A stretch of DNA of 64,000 nt from an uncultured Acidobacteriota bacterium (GTDB taxonomy: Bacteria > Acidobacteriota > Thermoanaerobaculia > Multivoradales > JAHEKO01). The DNA is taken from assembly GCA_963713825.1 (NCBI GenBank), contig CAVQNG010000025.1, positions 704,001-768,000 of the forward strand. Direction: 5' to 3'. Each line of letters starts with the position of its first letter. The stretch's first letter is position 1. Shown here one piece after another: positions 20,483 to 29,334 of this stretch. The translations under genes and the position numbers were made by a program. The notes under the pieces were generated by a model. The model was not told where the DNA came from. It ran no database searches and worked only from the letters and a program-made list of their open reading frames with translations.

Positions 20483-21476
20483 TCTTCCACCCGTCGTCGG
20501 AGCGGGCCACTGCGAATGAAGTCGCCACCGTTTCGTCTCGCTGATCAGTGCGAATCGACAGGTAGAAGGAGGCTTGGCCTTCGGTGGCCGTAGGAGCCGA
20601 GATCTCGAGCGCGGAAACCGCTATGCGGATGAAGGAGGCCTCCGTCATTTCTCGTTTCATGCGGGCTTCCCACTGGGCGCGCGTCTCTCTTCCGGCTGGC
20701 TTGAAATCGGCTGCGTAATAAGACAGGACCTCGTTCGACTCTCTACTCTCCCAGGCCTCCGCCCAGTCCTGAACGAGTCTTTCAATCGCCTCTTCCGCTC
20801 GCCGATTCATGGGCGGGGCGTCGGCTGCGGGAGGTTGGTCGGTAGGGGAGACCTCGATGGGGCTGGCGGGGCCAGTTTTCCCACCTTCCACCATGGCACG
20901 GGGTGGCTCCTCTTCTTCAACGGGGGGGCGGGTGGACTGAAACCAGAGCCCGATTGCCAAGACTCCGGCCATGAGGAGTGCACCAACTGCCCACAACAGG
21001 CGAGTGCCCGCCGTTCTATCTTGAAGTGAGCGTCGAGGCGTCGAGGGGACCTCCGGGTCGAGGCCGACAACGTCTTCCGTCGGACTACCGAGGTCGAATG
21101 GCTCACCCCCCATTTCGAGGTGCTTGTCGATGAGGTACCGGATCATCCGACGGCTCTGAGCGTCCACGTCGACGAATTTCACCCCCATCCCCGCCGGTCT
21201 GTCGGTGGCCTCATCGTGCTCGCGGTCCCAGATGACCCGCGCCGTGCCTTGAATGGGGCTCCAGTCCTCGATACGAAACCGGAAGGAGAGAGTCGTGCCG
21301 ACCGGTGCTGGCTCAGGACTCTGAATGAACATCCCCGAGGTGGAGATGTTGGCCGACATGGCCGTGACCAGAAGCTCGAAGTTGGGGAACTTGAGCTCCA
21401 TCTCCTGCTCGATGGCAGCCCTCTTTGCTTGGCCGGGAAGGCTCATGCCGTCCGGGGTCTGGTGCGGTGTCGTCAT
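20457..21476 (-). CDS. TIGR02266-like PilZ-domain membrane protein with C-terminal NTF2-like domain
   Basis: ANISTSGMFI and PAGMGVKF (PilZ), one TM helix, then WAEAWES...LSYYAADF...GWKITQQ. Confidence 0.75.
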   Translation of the reverse strand: MTTPHQTPDGMSLPGQAKRAAIEQEMELKFPNFELLVTAMSANISTSGMFIQSPEPAPVGTTLSFRFRIEDWSPIQGTARVIWDREHDEATDRPAGMGVKFVDVDAQSRRMIRYLIDKHLEMGGEPFDLGSPTEDVVGLDPEVPSTPRRSLQDRTAGTRLLWAVGALLMAGVLAIGLWFQSTRPPVEEEEPPRAMVEGGKTGPASPIEVSPTDQPPAADAPPMNRRAEEAIERLVQDWAEAWESRESNEVLSYYAADFKPAGRETRAQWEARMKREMTEASFIRIAVSALEISAPTATEGQASFYLSIRTDQRDETVATSFAVARSDDGWKITQQTSSR

Positions 21477-21777
21477 TGGTCTCCTGGCTCGTCTACGCGA
21501 AGATTATAGCCGGGGACCGACATATGTTGAGTTGAGCCGCCACCCCGCGGGGCGGGTTGGTCACAGTCGTCTGGGTGGTGTGCCGCTGCCTTGCCAGGCG
21601 TACACTTTTACGTGGTACTTCCTGGAGACCATTCAAGGCCTAATCAGACGACAAAGCAAGAGCCGAGGCAAGCCAAGGAACGGTCGTTACAACGATTCCG
21701 TTCGCGACTTGGTTCAGGCGCTCTGAAGGGTTACTCGAAACAATCAGGCAGGGGATCAAAGCCTCACGAGGTGTTCC

Positions 21778-23607
21778 ATGAGCACGACACGAGAGGAAGT
21801 GGTCAGCACGGTATGCCAGGCCTACGGCAAGGATCGAGGTCGTCTGCTGGATATCGCACGGGATGTGCAAGAGAAGCTGGGGTGTGTTGACGGCAAGTCG
21901 GTGAATCACATCGCCGAGGAGTTGTCCATTCCAAGAGTCGAGGTGGCGAGCCTCGTTTCCTTCTATTCGTTTCTCTACAGCGAGCCCCAGGGACAGGTTC
22001 GGATCCATCTCTGCAACGATGTTCCGGACATGATGAAGGGTACCGCCAGGATCGTTGCCGAGCTCGAGGAGGAGCTGGGAATCCAGGTCGGCGAGACGAC
22101 TCCGGATGGCAATTTCTCGCTGGACTTCGCCTCCTGCATCGGTCTCTCGGATCAGGCTCCGGCGGCTCTGGTGAACGATCTGATGGTACCTCGCCTGGGC
22201 CCTGGGACGGCCCGACGCGGAGTTCAGATACTCAAGGAGCGGGGTGAGCTCAAAGAGCTCAATCGGCTCCTGATTCGGAACCATGGTGACGGCAACAATG
22301 CCCACGATCTCGTTCGTTCGGCCTGCAGCAACAACCTTCGACAGGCTGGCGAGGTGATCTTCGCCGACATGGACCGAGGTGACGCTCTCGAGAAGGCGCT
22401 GGCCATGAGCCCGGTAGAGGTCATTCGGGAGATCAAGACGTCTCGGCTTCGGGGTCGGGGAGGCGCCGGATTCCCGACCGGCATGAAGTGGGAGTTCACT
22501 CGCGCTGCGGAGGGTGATCGGCGTTATCTCATCTGCAACGCAGACGAGGGCGAGCCTGGGACCTTCAAGGATCGAGTCATACTCACGGAGCGCCCCGACC
22601 TGCTCTTCGAGGGTATGACCGTTGGTGGCTACGCCATTGGGGCCGAGAAAGGGCTGGTCTATCTGCGTGCCGAGTACGCCTACCTGCAGGAGTTCCTGGA
22701 GCATGTGCTGGACGAACGCCGCGAGCTCGGTCTGTTGGGCGAGTCTGTTGGCGGCAAGGAGGGTTTCAATTTCGATATTCGAATCCAGATGGGGGCTGGA
22801 GCCTACATCTGTGGAGAGGAAACGGCGCTGATCAGCTCCTGCGAGGGCTTGCGAGGCGACCCGAAGAATCGACCGCCCTTCCCTGCTCAGCAGGGCTATC
22901 TCGGCAAGCCGACTTCGGTGAACAACGTGGAAACCCTCTGCTGCGTAGCACGAATCCTCGAGCGCGGCTCCGGGTGGTTCGCTTCCATCGGCACTTCTGG
23001 AAGCACGGGAACGAAGCTACTCAGTATCTCCGGCGACTGCATGAGGCCTGGTGTGTACGAGGTCCCCTTCGGAATCCGGTTGCGGCAGGTCTTGGAGATG
23101 TGCGACGCGGAAGAGCCGATGGCCGCCCAGGTAGGTGGCCCTAGCGGCAAGATGGTCGGCGAAGCCGACTTCGATCGGACGATCTGCTTCGACGACCTGG
23201 CGACGGGGGGGTCGCTGATGGTCTTTGGCAGGGACCGCGACGTGCTCGAGATCACGTCTCAGTTCCTGCAGTTCTTCATTCACGAGAGCTGCGGATACTG
23301 CACTCCATGTCGGGTCGGCAACGTTCTGCTCCAGGAACGCCTCGACAAGATTCGCGCCGGCTATGGGGAGCCGTCAGACCTCGACTATCTCCAGCGGCTA
23401 GGCGAGTCGATCAAGATGGCGAGTCGCTGCGGGTTGGGGCAGACCTCTCCCAATCCCGTTCTATCGACGCTCGAGAACTTTCGCTCCGCCTATGAAGAGC
23501 GGCTATCGGCACCGGCCGGGGGCGAGCATTCAAGTTTCGATCTCCAGTCTGCGCTGAGTACGTCTCGAGCGCTCACCGGCAGGAAATCGGTCCATTTCGA
23601 GGAGTAG
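21778..23607 (+). CDS. hoxF: NAD-reducing hydrogenase diaphorase subunit HoxF (NuoE-like plus NuoF-like)
   Basis: LRGRGGAGFPTG, CNADEGEPGTFKDR, GAGAYICGEETAL, ESCGYCTPCR; first gene of the hox operon. Confidence 0.93.
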   Translation: MSTTREEVVSTVCQAYGKDRGRLLDIARDVQEKLGCVDGKSVNHIAEELSIPRVEVASLVSFYSFLYSEPQGQVRIHLCNDVPDMMKGTARIVAELEEELGIQVGETTPDGNFSLDFASCIGLSDQAPAALVNDLMVPRLGPGTARRGVQILKERGELKELNRLLIRNHGDGNNAHDLVRSACSNNLRQAGEVIFADMDRGDALEKALAMSPVEVIREIKTSRLRGRGGAGFPTGMKWEFTRAAEGDRRYLICNADEGEPGTFKDRVILTERPDLLFEGMTVGGYAIGAEKGLVYLRAEYAYLQEFLEHVLDERRELGLLGESVGGKEGFNFDIRIQMGAGAYICGEETALISSCEGLRGDPKNRPPFPAQQGYLGKPTSVNNVETLCCVARILERGSGWFASIGTSGSTGTKLLSISGDCMRPGVYEVPFGIRLRQVLEMCDAEEPMAAQVGGPSGKMVGEADFDRTICFDDLATGGSLMVFGRDRDVLEITSQFLQFFIHESCGYCTPCRVGNVLLQERLDKIRAGYGEPSDLDYLQRLGESIKMASRCGLGQTSPNPVLSTLENFRSAYEERLSAPAGGEHSSFDLQSALSTSRALTGRKSVHFEE

Positions 23608-23619
23608 CGGGTAACCATC

Positions 23620-24333
23620 ATGAGCGAGCGGATTTCCCTGACCATCGACGGCCATACCATCGAAGCCAGATCCGGGCAGACGATCCTGGAAGCAGCCCAG
23701 GAGGCTGGGGTCTACATACCGCGCCTGTGCTGGATGAAGGGCCTTTCGTCCTTCGGCAGCTGCCGCCTTTGCACGGTGCGGGTGAACGGTAGATCTCAAT
23801 CCGCTTGCACCCAGCCGGCGGTCCCCGGCATGATCGTCGAGAACGACACGGAGGAGCTGAGAGAGCTGCGCCGCAGCCTCATCGACATGCTCTTCGTCGA
23901 GGGCAACCACTTCTGCATGTTCTGTGAGAAGAGCGGGGATTGCGAGCTCCAGGCGCTGGCCTACCGACTGGGCATCACGGCTCCACAGTACCCTTTCTTG
24001 TTTCCCCAGCGCGAGCTCGACGCCTCGCACCCCGACATCTTCGTCGACCGGAATCGCTGCATTCTCTGCGGCCGTTGCGTCCGAGCCTCCCAGGAGGTGG
24101 ATGGCAAGCATGTCTTCGGCTTCGTGGGGCGCGGTCCGGAGAAGCGGCTGGCGGTCAATGCCGAGTCGGGTCTGGGCGGGACGGATGCAGCGGCCGAGGA
24201 CGAAGCGGTGGCGGCCTGTCCGACCGGGTCGTTGCTGGCCAAGCGCGTTGGCTACGCGGTGCCGGTAGGACAACGCAGATTCGACCATCAACCCATCGGT
24301 TCCGAGATTGAACGAGCGCAGTCCGACGAGTGA
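23620..24333 (+). CDS. hoxU: NAD-reducing hydrogenase subunit HoxU
   Basis: 2Fe-2S (IPRLC...GSCRLC...SAC), HFCMFCEKSGDC, CILCGRC...CPTG. Confidence 0.93.
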   Translation: MSERISLTIDGHTIEARSGQTILEAAQEAGVYIPRLCWMKGLSSFGSCRLCTVRVNGRSQSACTQPAVPGMIVENDTEELRELRRSLIDMLFVEGNHFCMFCEKSGDCELQALAYRLGITAPQYPFLFPQRELDASHPDIFVDRNRCILCGRCVRASQEVDGKHVFGFVGRGPEKRLAVNAESGLGGTDAAAEDEAVAACPTGSLLAKRVGYAVPVGQRRFDHQPIGSEIERAQSDE

Positions 24334-24343
24334 GAAGCGAGTC

Positions 24344-24889
24344 ATGGGCAAACCAAGAGTAGCGACGACGTCTCTGTGCGGCTGCTTCGGCTGCCATATG
24401 TCCCTGTTGGATATCGACGAGCGGATCCTGAGTCTGGTCGAGTTGATCGACTTCGACCGCTCACCGATCAACGACATCAAGCAGATCTCCGGGCCAGTGG
24501 AGATTGGACTGGTGGAGGGCGGCTGCGCCAACGAGGAGAATGTCAAAGTCCTGCAGGAGTTCCGCCAGCACTGCAAGGTCCTGATCTCCGTTGGTGACTG
24601 CGCTATCAACGGCGGTATCCCGGCGATGCGGAACCTGGTGCCGTTGGGAGAGTGCTTCGAGGAGGCTTTTCTCAATGGACCGACGGTGGTCAATCCGGCA
24701 GGCAAGATCCCGGACGACGAGGAGATTCCGTTGCTCCTCGATCGGGTCTATCCCTGTCACGAAGTGGTGAAGGTCGACTACCACCTGCCAGGATGCCCTC
24801 CCTCCGCCGACACCCTATGGGAGGCCTTGACCGCCCTTCTCGAGGGCCGTGACCTCGAGCTTCCCTACGAGCTGGTCAAGTACGACTGA
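24344..24889 (+). CDS. hoxY: [NiFe]-hydrogenase small subunit HoxY
   Basis: CGCFGCHMS, VEGG, GDCA, PGCPP; ATG at 24344 within ORF 24308..24889. Confidence 0.93.
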   Translation: MGKPRVATTSLCGCFGCHMSLLDIDERILSLVELIDFDRSPINDIKQISGPVEIGLVEGGCANEENVKVLQEFRQHCKVLISVGDCAINGGIPAMRNLVPLGECFEEAFLNGPTVVNPAGKIPDDEEIPLLLDRVYPCHEVVKVDYHLPGCPPSADTLWEALTALLEGRDLELPYELVKYD

Positions 24890-24910
24890 GACCCGGTCAG
24901 AGGAAAAATC

Positions 24911-26359
24911 ATGTCAACCCCGAATACCAGAAGAGTCGTTATCGAGCCCCTCACACGGGTAGAGGGCCACGGCAAAGTCACCCTTCTCCTGGATGAGAAC
25001 AACCGCGTCGAACAGGCGCGACTCCATATCGTCGAGTTTCGCGGTTTCGAACGCTTCATTCAGGGCCGTCCCTTTTGGGAGCTGCCGGTCTTGGTGCAAC
25101 GACTTTGTGGCATCTGCCCGGTGAGCCACCACCTTTGCGCCGCCAAGGCGGTGGATGGGATTGTCGGGGCCGAAAAGCTGACCCCCACCGGGGAGAAGAT
25201 GCGTCGGCTCATGCACTACGGGCAGATGTACCAATCCCATGCCCTGCACTTCTTTTATCTGGCTTCTCCGGATCTGCTTTTCGGTTTCGATGCACCTGTC
25301 GAAAAGCGCAATGTCATCGGTGTCATCGCCGAGTATCCGGAGCTGGCGGTCCAGGGCGTCATGATGCGGAAGTTCGGTCAGGAGATCATCAAGGCGACTG
25401 CCGGCAAGAAGGTGCACGGTACAGGAGCGATTCCTGGTGGAATCAACAAGAACCTCTCGATCGAAGAGCGTGACGCCCTCCTGGCTGACATGGACAAGAT
25501 GCTGGAGTGGAGTCGAACGGCCGTCAAGATCGCCAAGGACTACACCCTGGAGAATCTGGATGAAGTTGCGGGCTTCGGGTCCTTCGATTCCAATCACCTG
25601 TCGATCGTCGGCCAGGATGGCGCCATGGATCTGTATGACGGCAATCTCAGAGCCATCGACTCGGCTGGAGAACCGATCATCGACCAGGTGGATCCACAGG
25701 ACTATCTGGATGTCATCGCCGAGGAGGTGCGTCCCTGGACCTACATGAAGTTTCCCTTCCTGAAGAGCGTGGGTCCTGAAGAGGGTTGGTATCGCGTGGG
25801 TCCGCTGGCTCGAATCAATACCTGCGACTTCATCGACACTCCCGAAGCGGACGCGGCCCGCCAGGACTTCCTTTCGCTCACCGATGGCAAGCCCAGCAAC
25901 GTGACCATGGCCTACCACTGGGCTCGCATGATCGAGGCCCTTCACTCGGCGGAGAAGATCCAACAACTGCTGCACGACGAAGACTTGCAGGGCGACGACC
26001 TGGTGGCCGACTCCGGAGAGCGGCGAGACGAGTATGTAGCCATTCTCGAGGCACCCAGGGGCACCCTCGTGCATCACTACAAGGTCGACGAAAACGACCA
26101 GGTGACCATGGCCAATCTGATCGTCTCGACGACCTGCAACAACGAGGCGATGAACCGCACGGTCCAGAAGATCGCTAGTGACGCCATTTCCGGCGTTCCC
26201 GAGATCACGGAAGGACTGCTGAACAACATCGAAGTGGGGATCCGGGCCTACGACCCCTGTCTGTCGTGCGCCACCCACGCTCTCGGGCAGATGCCCCTCG
26301 AGGTTACTTTGGTCGACCGGCAGGGCAGGATGCTCGACCGGCTGGCGAGGCCTGAATGA
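24911..26359 (+). CDS. hoxH: [NiFe]-hydrogenase large subunit HoxH (group 3d)
   Basis: TRVEGHG, L1 motif RLCGICPVSH, L2 motif DPCLSCATH followed by a cleavable C-terminal tail. Confidence 0.96.
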   Translation: MSTPNTRRVVIEPLTRVEGHGKVTLLLDENNRVEQARLHIVEFRGFERFIQGRPFWELPVLVQRLCGICPVSHHLCAAKAVDGIVGAEKLTPTGEKMRRLMHYGQMYQSHALHFFYLASPDLLFGFDAPVEKRNVIGVIAEYPELAVQGVMMRKFGQEIIKATAGKKVHGTGAIPGGINKNLSIEERDALLADMDKMLEWSRTAVKIAKDYTLENLDEVAGFGSFDSNHLSIVGQDGAMDLYDGNLRAIDSAGEPIIDQVDPQDYLDVIAEEVRPWTYMKFPFLKSVGPEEGWYRVGPLARINTCDFIDTPEADAARQDFLSLTDGKPSNVTMAYHWARMIEALHSAEKIQQLLHDEDLQGDDLVADSGERRDEYVAILEAPRGTLVHHYKVDENDQVTMANLIVSTTCNNEAMNRTVQKIASDAISGVPEITEGLLNNIEVGIRAYDPCLSCATHALGQMPLEVTLVDRQGRMLDRLARPE

Positions 26360-26868
26360 CCGCTAAGGGAACTCTGGTCCTGGGTTGGGGAAATCCTGGT
26401 CGCCTCGATGACGGGATTGGCCCGGCCTTTGCGGCGAGCCTGAAGACGATGCACCTTCCCGGAGTCGAGGTCGACTCTGACTACCAGCTTCAGATCGAGG
26501 ACGCGTCCGAGATCGCTGCCTTCGAGCGAGTCGTGTTCGTCGATGCCGATCGCGGCGGCGCCGAGCCATTCTGGTTGCATCGCATCTACCCCTCCCCGAA
26601 GGCGGCGAGCGGTTCGAGCTTCACGACGCATAGCGTCTCGCCTGGCGCGGTACTGACGATGACTCACGAGCTGTTCGATGCCGAGCCAGAGGCCTGGTTG
26701 TTGGGGATTCGTGGCTACGAGTTCAGCGACTTCGGAGAAGAGCTTTCAGACAGAGCAAGAGAGAACCTGCAGCAAGCGTTGGAATTCGTCAGCTCGGCGC
26801 TGCTTGACGGCAGCCTTCATGAGGTAGAACCCCCTGTGGACCCGCCGGCGGACTCGCCGGGATTGTGA
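26356..26868 (+). CDS. hoxW: Hydrogenase maturation protease
   Basis: LGWGNPGRLDDGIG, VFVDA, TTHSV; ATGA overlap with hoxH. Confidence 0.9.
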   Translation: MTAKGTLVLGWGNPGRLDDGIGPAFAASLKTMHLPGVEVDSDYQLQIEDASEIAAFERVVFVDADRGGAEPFWLHRIYPSPKAASGSSFTTHSVSPGAVLTMTHELFDAEPEAWLLGIRGYEFSDFGEELSDRARENLQQALEFVSSALLDGSLHEVEPPVDPPADSPGL

Positions 26869-26877
26869 GGACGAATC

Positions 26878-27258
26878 ATGCAAGACGGAAAGCACGTGAT
26901 TCTCTGCATCGACGACGACCCCGACATTCTTTCCTTCCTGGAGATCGTCCTCGAGTCGGAAGGTTACGTCTACGCTGGTGCCGCCAGTGCCGAAGAGGGC
27001 CTCAGGGAGTTCAAGCAGATCGATCCCGATCTCATCATCGTCGACCTGATGATGGAGGAGGTGGACGCAGGGACGGGCTTCGCCAAAGAGCTCAAGGTCC
27101 TCCAGAATCGGGCCCCTGTCTTCATGCTGAGCTCGGTGGGCGACAACCTGAACCTGACGACGGATACCGCGACCCTCGGCCTGGCCGGCGTCTTCCAGAA
27201 GCCCCTGGCGAAAGAGACACTCCTTTCAGTGCTGAAGGCGAAGCTGTCGGAAGATTGA
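26878..27258 (+). CDS. Single-domain response regulator
   Basis: ILCIDDD, IVDLMME, MLSS, QKP; 9 nt after hoxW. Confidence 0.9.
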   Translation: MQDGKHVILCIDDDPDILSFLEIVLESEGYVYAGAASAEEGLREFKQIDPDLIIVDLMMEEVDAGTGFAKELKVLQNRAPVFMLSSVGDNLNLTTDTATLGLAGVFQKPLAKETLLSVLKAKLSED

Positions 27259-27289
27259 GAGCGTTCCAGCCCCGGGTTGCGCTGGGCCG

Positions 27290-29227
27290 CTAGAGGTCTA
27301 GAGGTCTCGAGGTCTCGAGGTCTTGAGGGGGCTTGTCCTGGCGGATGGGCAGCTCGATCGTTACGGTCGTTCCCTGGCCCTCTTCGCTCGACAGCTCGAG
27401 CGTACCGCCGTGCCTTTCGACCGTCTTCTTGACCAGGACGAGACCCAGTCCAGTCCCCTCGGCGGTGAGCTTCTTGGCGTTCGAAGCGCGGAAGAACTCA
27501 TGAAAGAGCTTGTCTTGCTCAACCGCGGGAATGCCAATGCCGGAATCGCTGACTCGGATCTGGACTCTGTCGGGGCCGTCTTGCCGAAAGTGGACCTCGA
27601 CCTCGCCGCCTTCGGGGGTGTACTTGATGGCGTTGGAAACCAGGTTCTCCATGACCTGTTCGAGCAAGTCGGCACCACTGTCCACGTCGGGAATGCCCTC
27701 CTCGACGGTCACCTCGAGACTAAGCCCCTGGCGGGCGGCTGCCTCGCGAAATGTTTGCTCTGTGTAGCTGGCCAGCTCGGTGAGGTCGACAACAACATCG
27801 GGAATCTCGCGGCTCCAGTCCCGTGTCTTGGCGATCGTCAATAGCTCGCCTATCGTCTGGTTCAGGGATCGCAGTCGGACCTCGATACGCTTCAGGTAGT
27901 CGGCTTGTTGGTCCGTCATCTCTCCGAGCAGGCCCTCTTCGAAGAGATCCAGCATCGTCAGGCCAGCGCCGAGTGGGGCGCGCAGGTTGTGCGCCACCTG
28001 CAGCATGAACTGTGTGCGCTCCTGCATCAGAGCCTCGATGGACTCATAGGCCCTGGCACCGTCGATGGCGATGGCCACGAGCTCGGCGGCCAGCTGGAGA
28101 TAGTCGGTATCACTGGCTTGGAAGTGATCGGGAGCCTGCGAATAGAAGCCCAGCGTTCCGATGACCCTGTCTTCGACCTTGAGGGGGGCCAGAACAGCCG
28201 ACCGGATGCCGAGGGCGCTGAGCTCCTGCCGCAGCTGCAATGTGTCGTCCTCGTCGATTCTCGCCTCTACAAGGGTCTCTCCATCGATGATCCGCTGATT
28301 CAAGGGACTCTGGTCCAGATGGACGACCTTCTCCTGGGTCAGCTCACTCGGCAGCCCGTGGGCAGCAACGTACCGCAGGGTCTTCCCGTCTTCGGACAGC
28401 AGCTTGACAGCCACCGCAGGAATCTCCATGACCTTGGCCAACTCCGAGGTCGCAGTGGCGAGGATAGGCTCGAGATGCCGCTCCCCTCCGATCGTCCGGA
28501 CAATGGCATAGAGGCTGTTGAGCTTCTCATTCAGATCGGCCATCTTTGTCGTAGCCACGGCGAGTTCTCGCACCCGCCTTCTCAGTCGGCCCATGATCCG
28601 GCTCACCATGACGACCACCAGGAAAAGGGTCGCAGCGAAGAAGAGCAACATGAGAACCGCGGAGACAGTGTTGCTGACGACCAGGGCTGGCTCGCCGTGA
28701 TAGACGATGTAGTAACTGGGATACCAGCCCGTCACGTCACCGACAAGCAGAATCCAGAGTCCTCCGACTGCCAGTCCCGCCAGGCCATAGGCCGTCCCTG
28801 GGGAGAACTGAATCGCGGCGATGATGACGTGAAAGACCAGGAAGAAGATCAGCGGGCTCGCCACGCCACCGGTGAAGTGGAGAAGCAGGAGCATGGCGGC
28901 ATAGTCGACGAGCACCTCGAGGACGGTGAAGACTCGATCCAGCTGAGGATCGGCCTGCAGCCGACTCTCATAGCGACTGAAGATCCAGGCGAAGACTGCG
29001 TTGTAGAGGGGGCTCGCGAGTGCGATCAGCAGGATCGGCACCACTTGGAACTCGAACCCCAGGGCCAGGCCCACCAGGACGCCCGCGACCATGAGAGGGG
29101 CGACGGCCCAGCGCATCTTGATCTGCCAGAAGCCCCGTCGGCCCCACAATTGAGGGAGGTTCTGGCGTCCCGGAATCAGCTCACGGGCGGCCAATTCGCT
29201 GGAAATGATCGGGTCGTCTCGCAGCAT
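27290..29227 (-). CDS. Membrane sensor histidine kinase (multi-TM, GAF, HisKA, HATPase)
   Basis: About six TM helices, GAF (VLAPL...VIGTL), VAHNLRAPL, NLVSNAIKY, DSGIGI, GTGLGL. Confidence 0.92.
   Translation of the reverse strand: MLRDDPIISSELAARELIPGRQNLPQLWGRRGFWQIKMRWAVAPLMVAGVLVGLALGFEFQVVPILLIALASPLYNAVFAWIFSRYESRLQADPQLDRVFTVLEVLVDYAAMLLLLHFTGGVASPLIFFLVFHVIIAAIQFSPGTAYGLAGLAVGGLWILLVGDVTGWYPSYYIVYHGEPALVVSNTVSAVLMLLFFAATLFLVVVMVSRIMGRLRRRVRELAVATTKMADLNEKLNSLYAIVRTIGGERHLEPILATATSELAKVMEIPAVAVKLLSEDGKTLRYVAAHGLPSELTQEKVVHLDQSPLNQRIIDGETLVEARIDEDDTLQLRQELSALGIRSAVLAPLKVEDRVIGTLGFYSQAPDHFQASDTDYLQLAAELVAIAIDGARAYESIEALMQERTQFMLQVAHNLRAPLGAGLTMLDLFEEGLLGEMTDQQADYLKRIEVRLRSLNQTIGELLTIAKTRDWSREIPDVVVDLTELASYTEQTFREAAARQGLSLEVTVEEGIPDVDSGADLLEQVMENLVSNAIKYTPEGGEVEVHFRQDGPDRVQIRVSDSGIGIPAVEQDKLFHEFFRASNAKKLTAEGTGLGLVLVKKTVERHGGTLELSSEEGQGTTVTIELPIRQDKPPQDLETSRPLDL
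27293..27328. repeat. 8-bp tandem repeat (GAGGTCTN) x4.5
   Basis: GAGGTCT at 27293, 27301, 27309 and 27317, plus GAGG at 27325. Confidence 0.8.
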
Positions 29228-29334
29228 CTGGAGAGCGGCAGAAGAGAGGGGTGCTCGGCCAAGATCGATCGCTGTTCGATCTTCACAGGGATGCTAACAC
29301 GGGCCTGTGAAGCCGCTGGATCGGCAGGCTCAGG

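Noticed and set aside
24911-26359. Selenocysteine-containing hydrogenase
   Set aside because: All four Ni-binding positions are Cys codons and there is no in-frame TGA.
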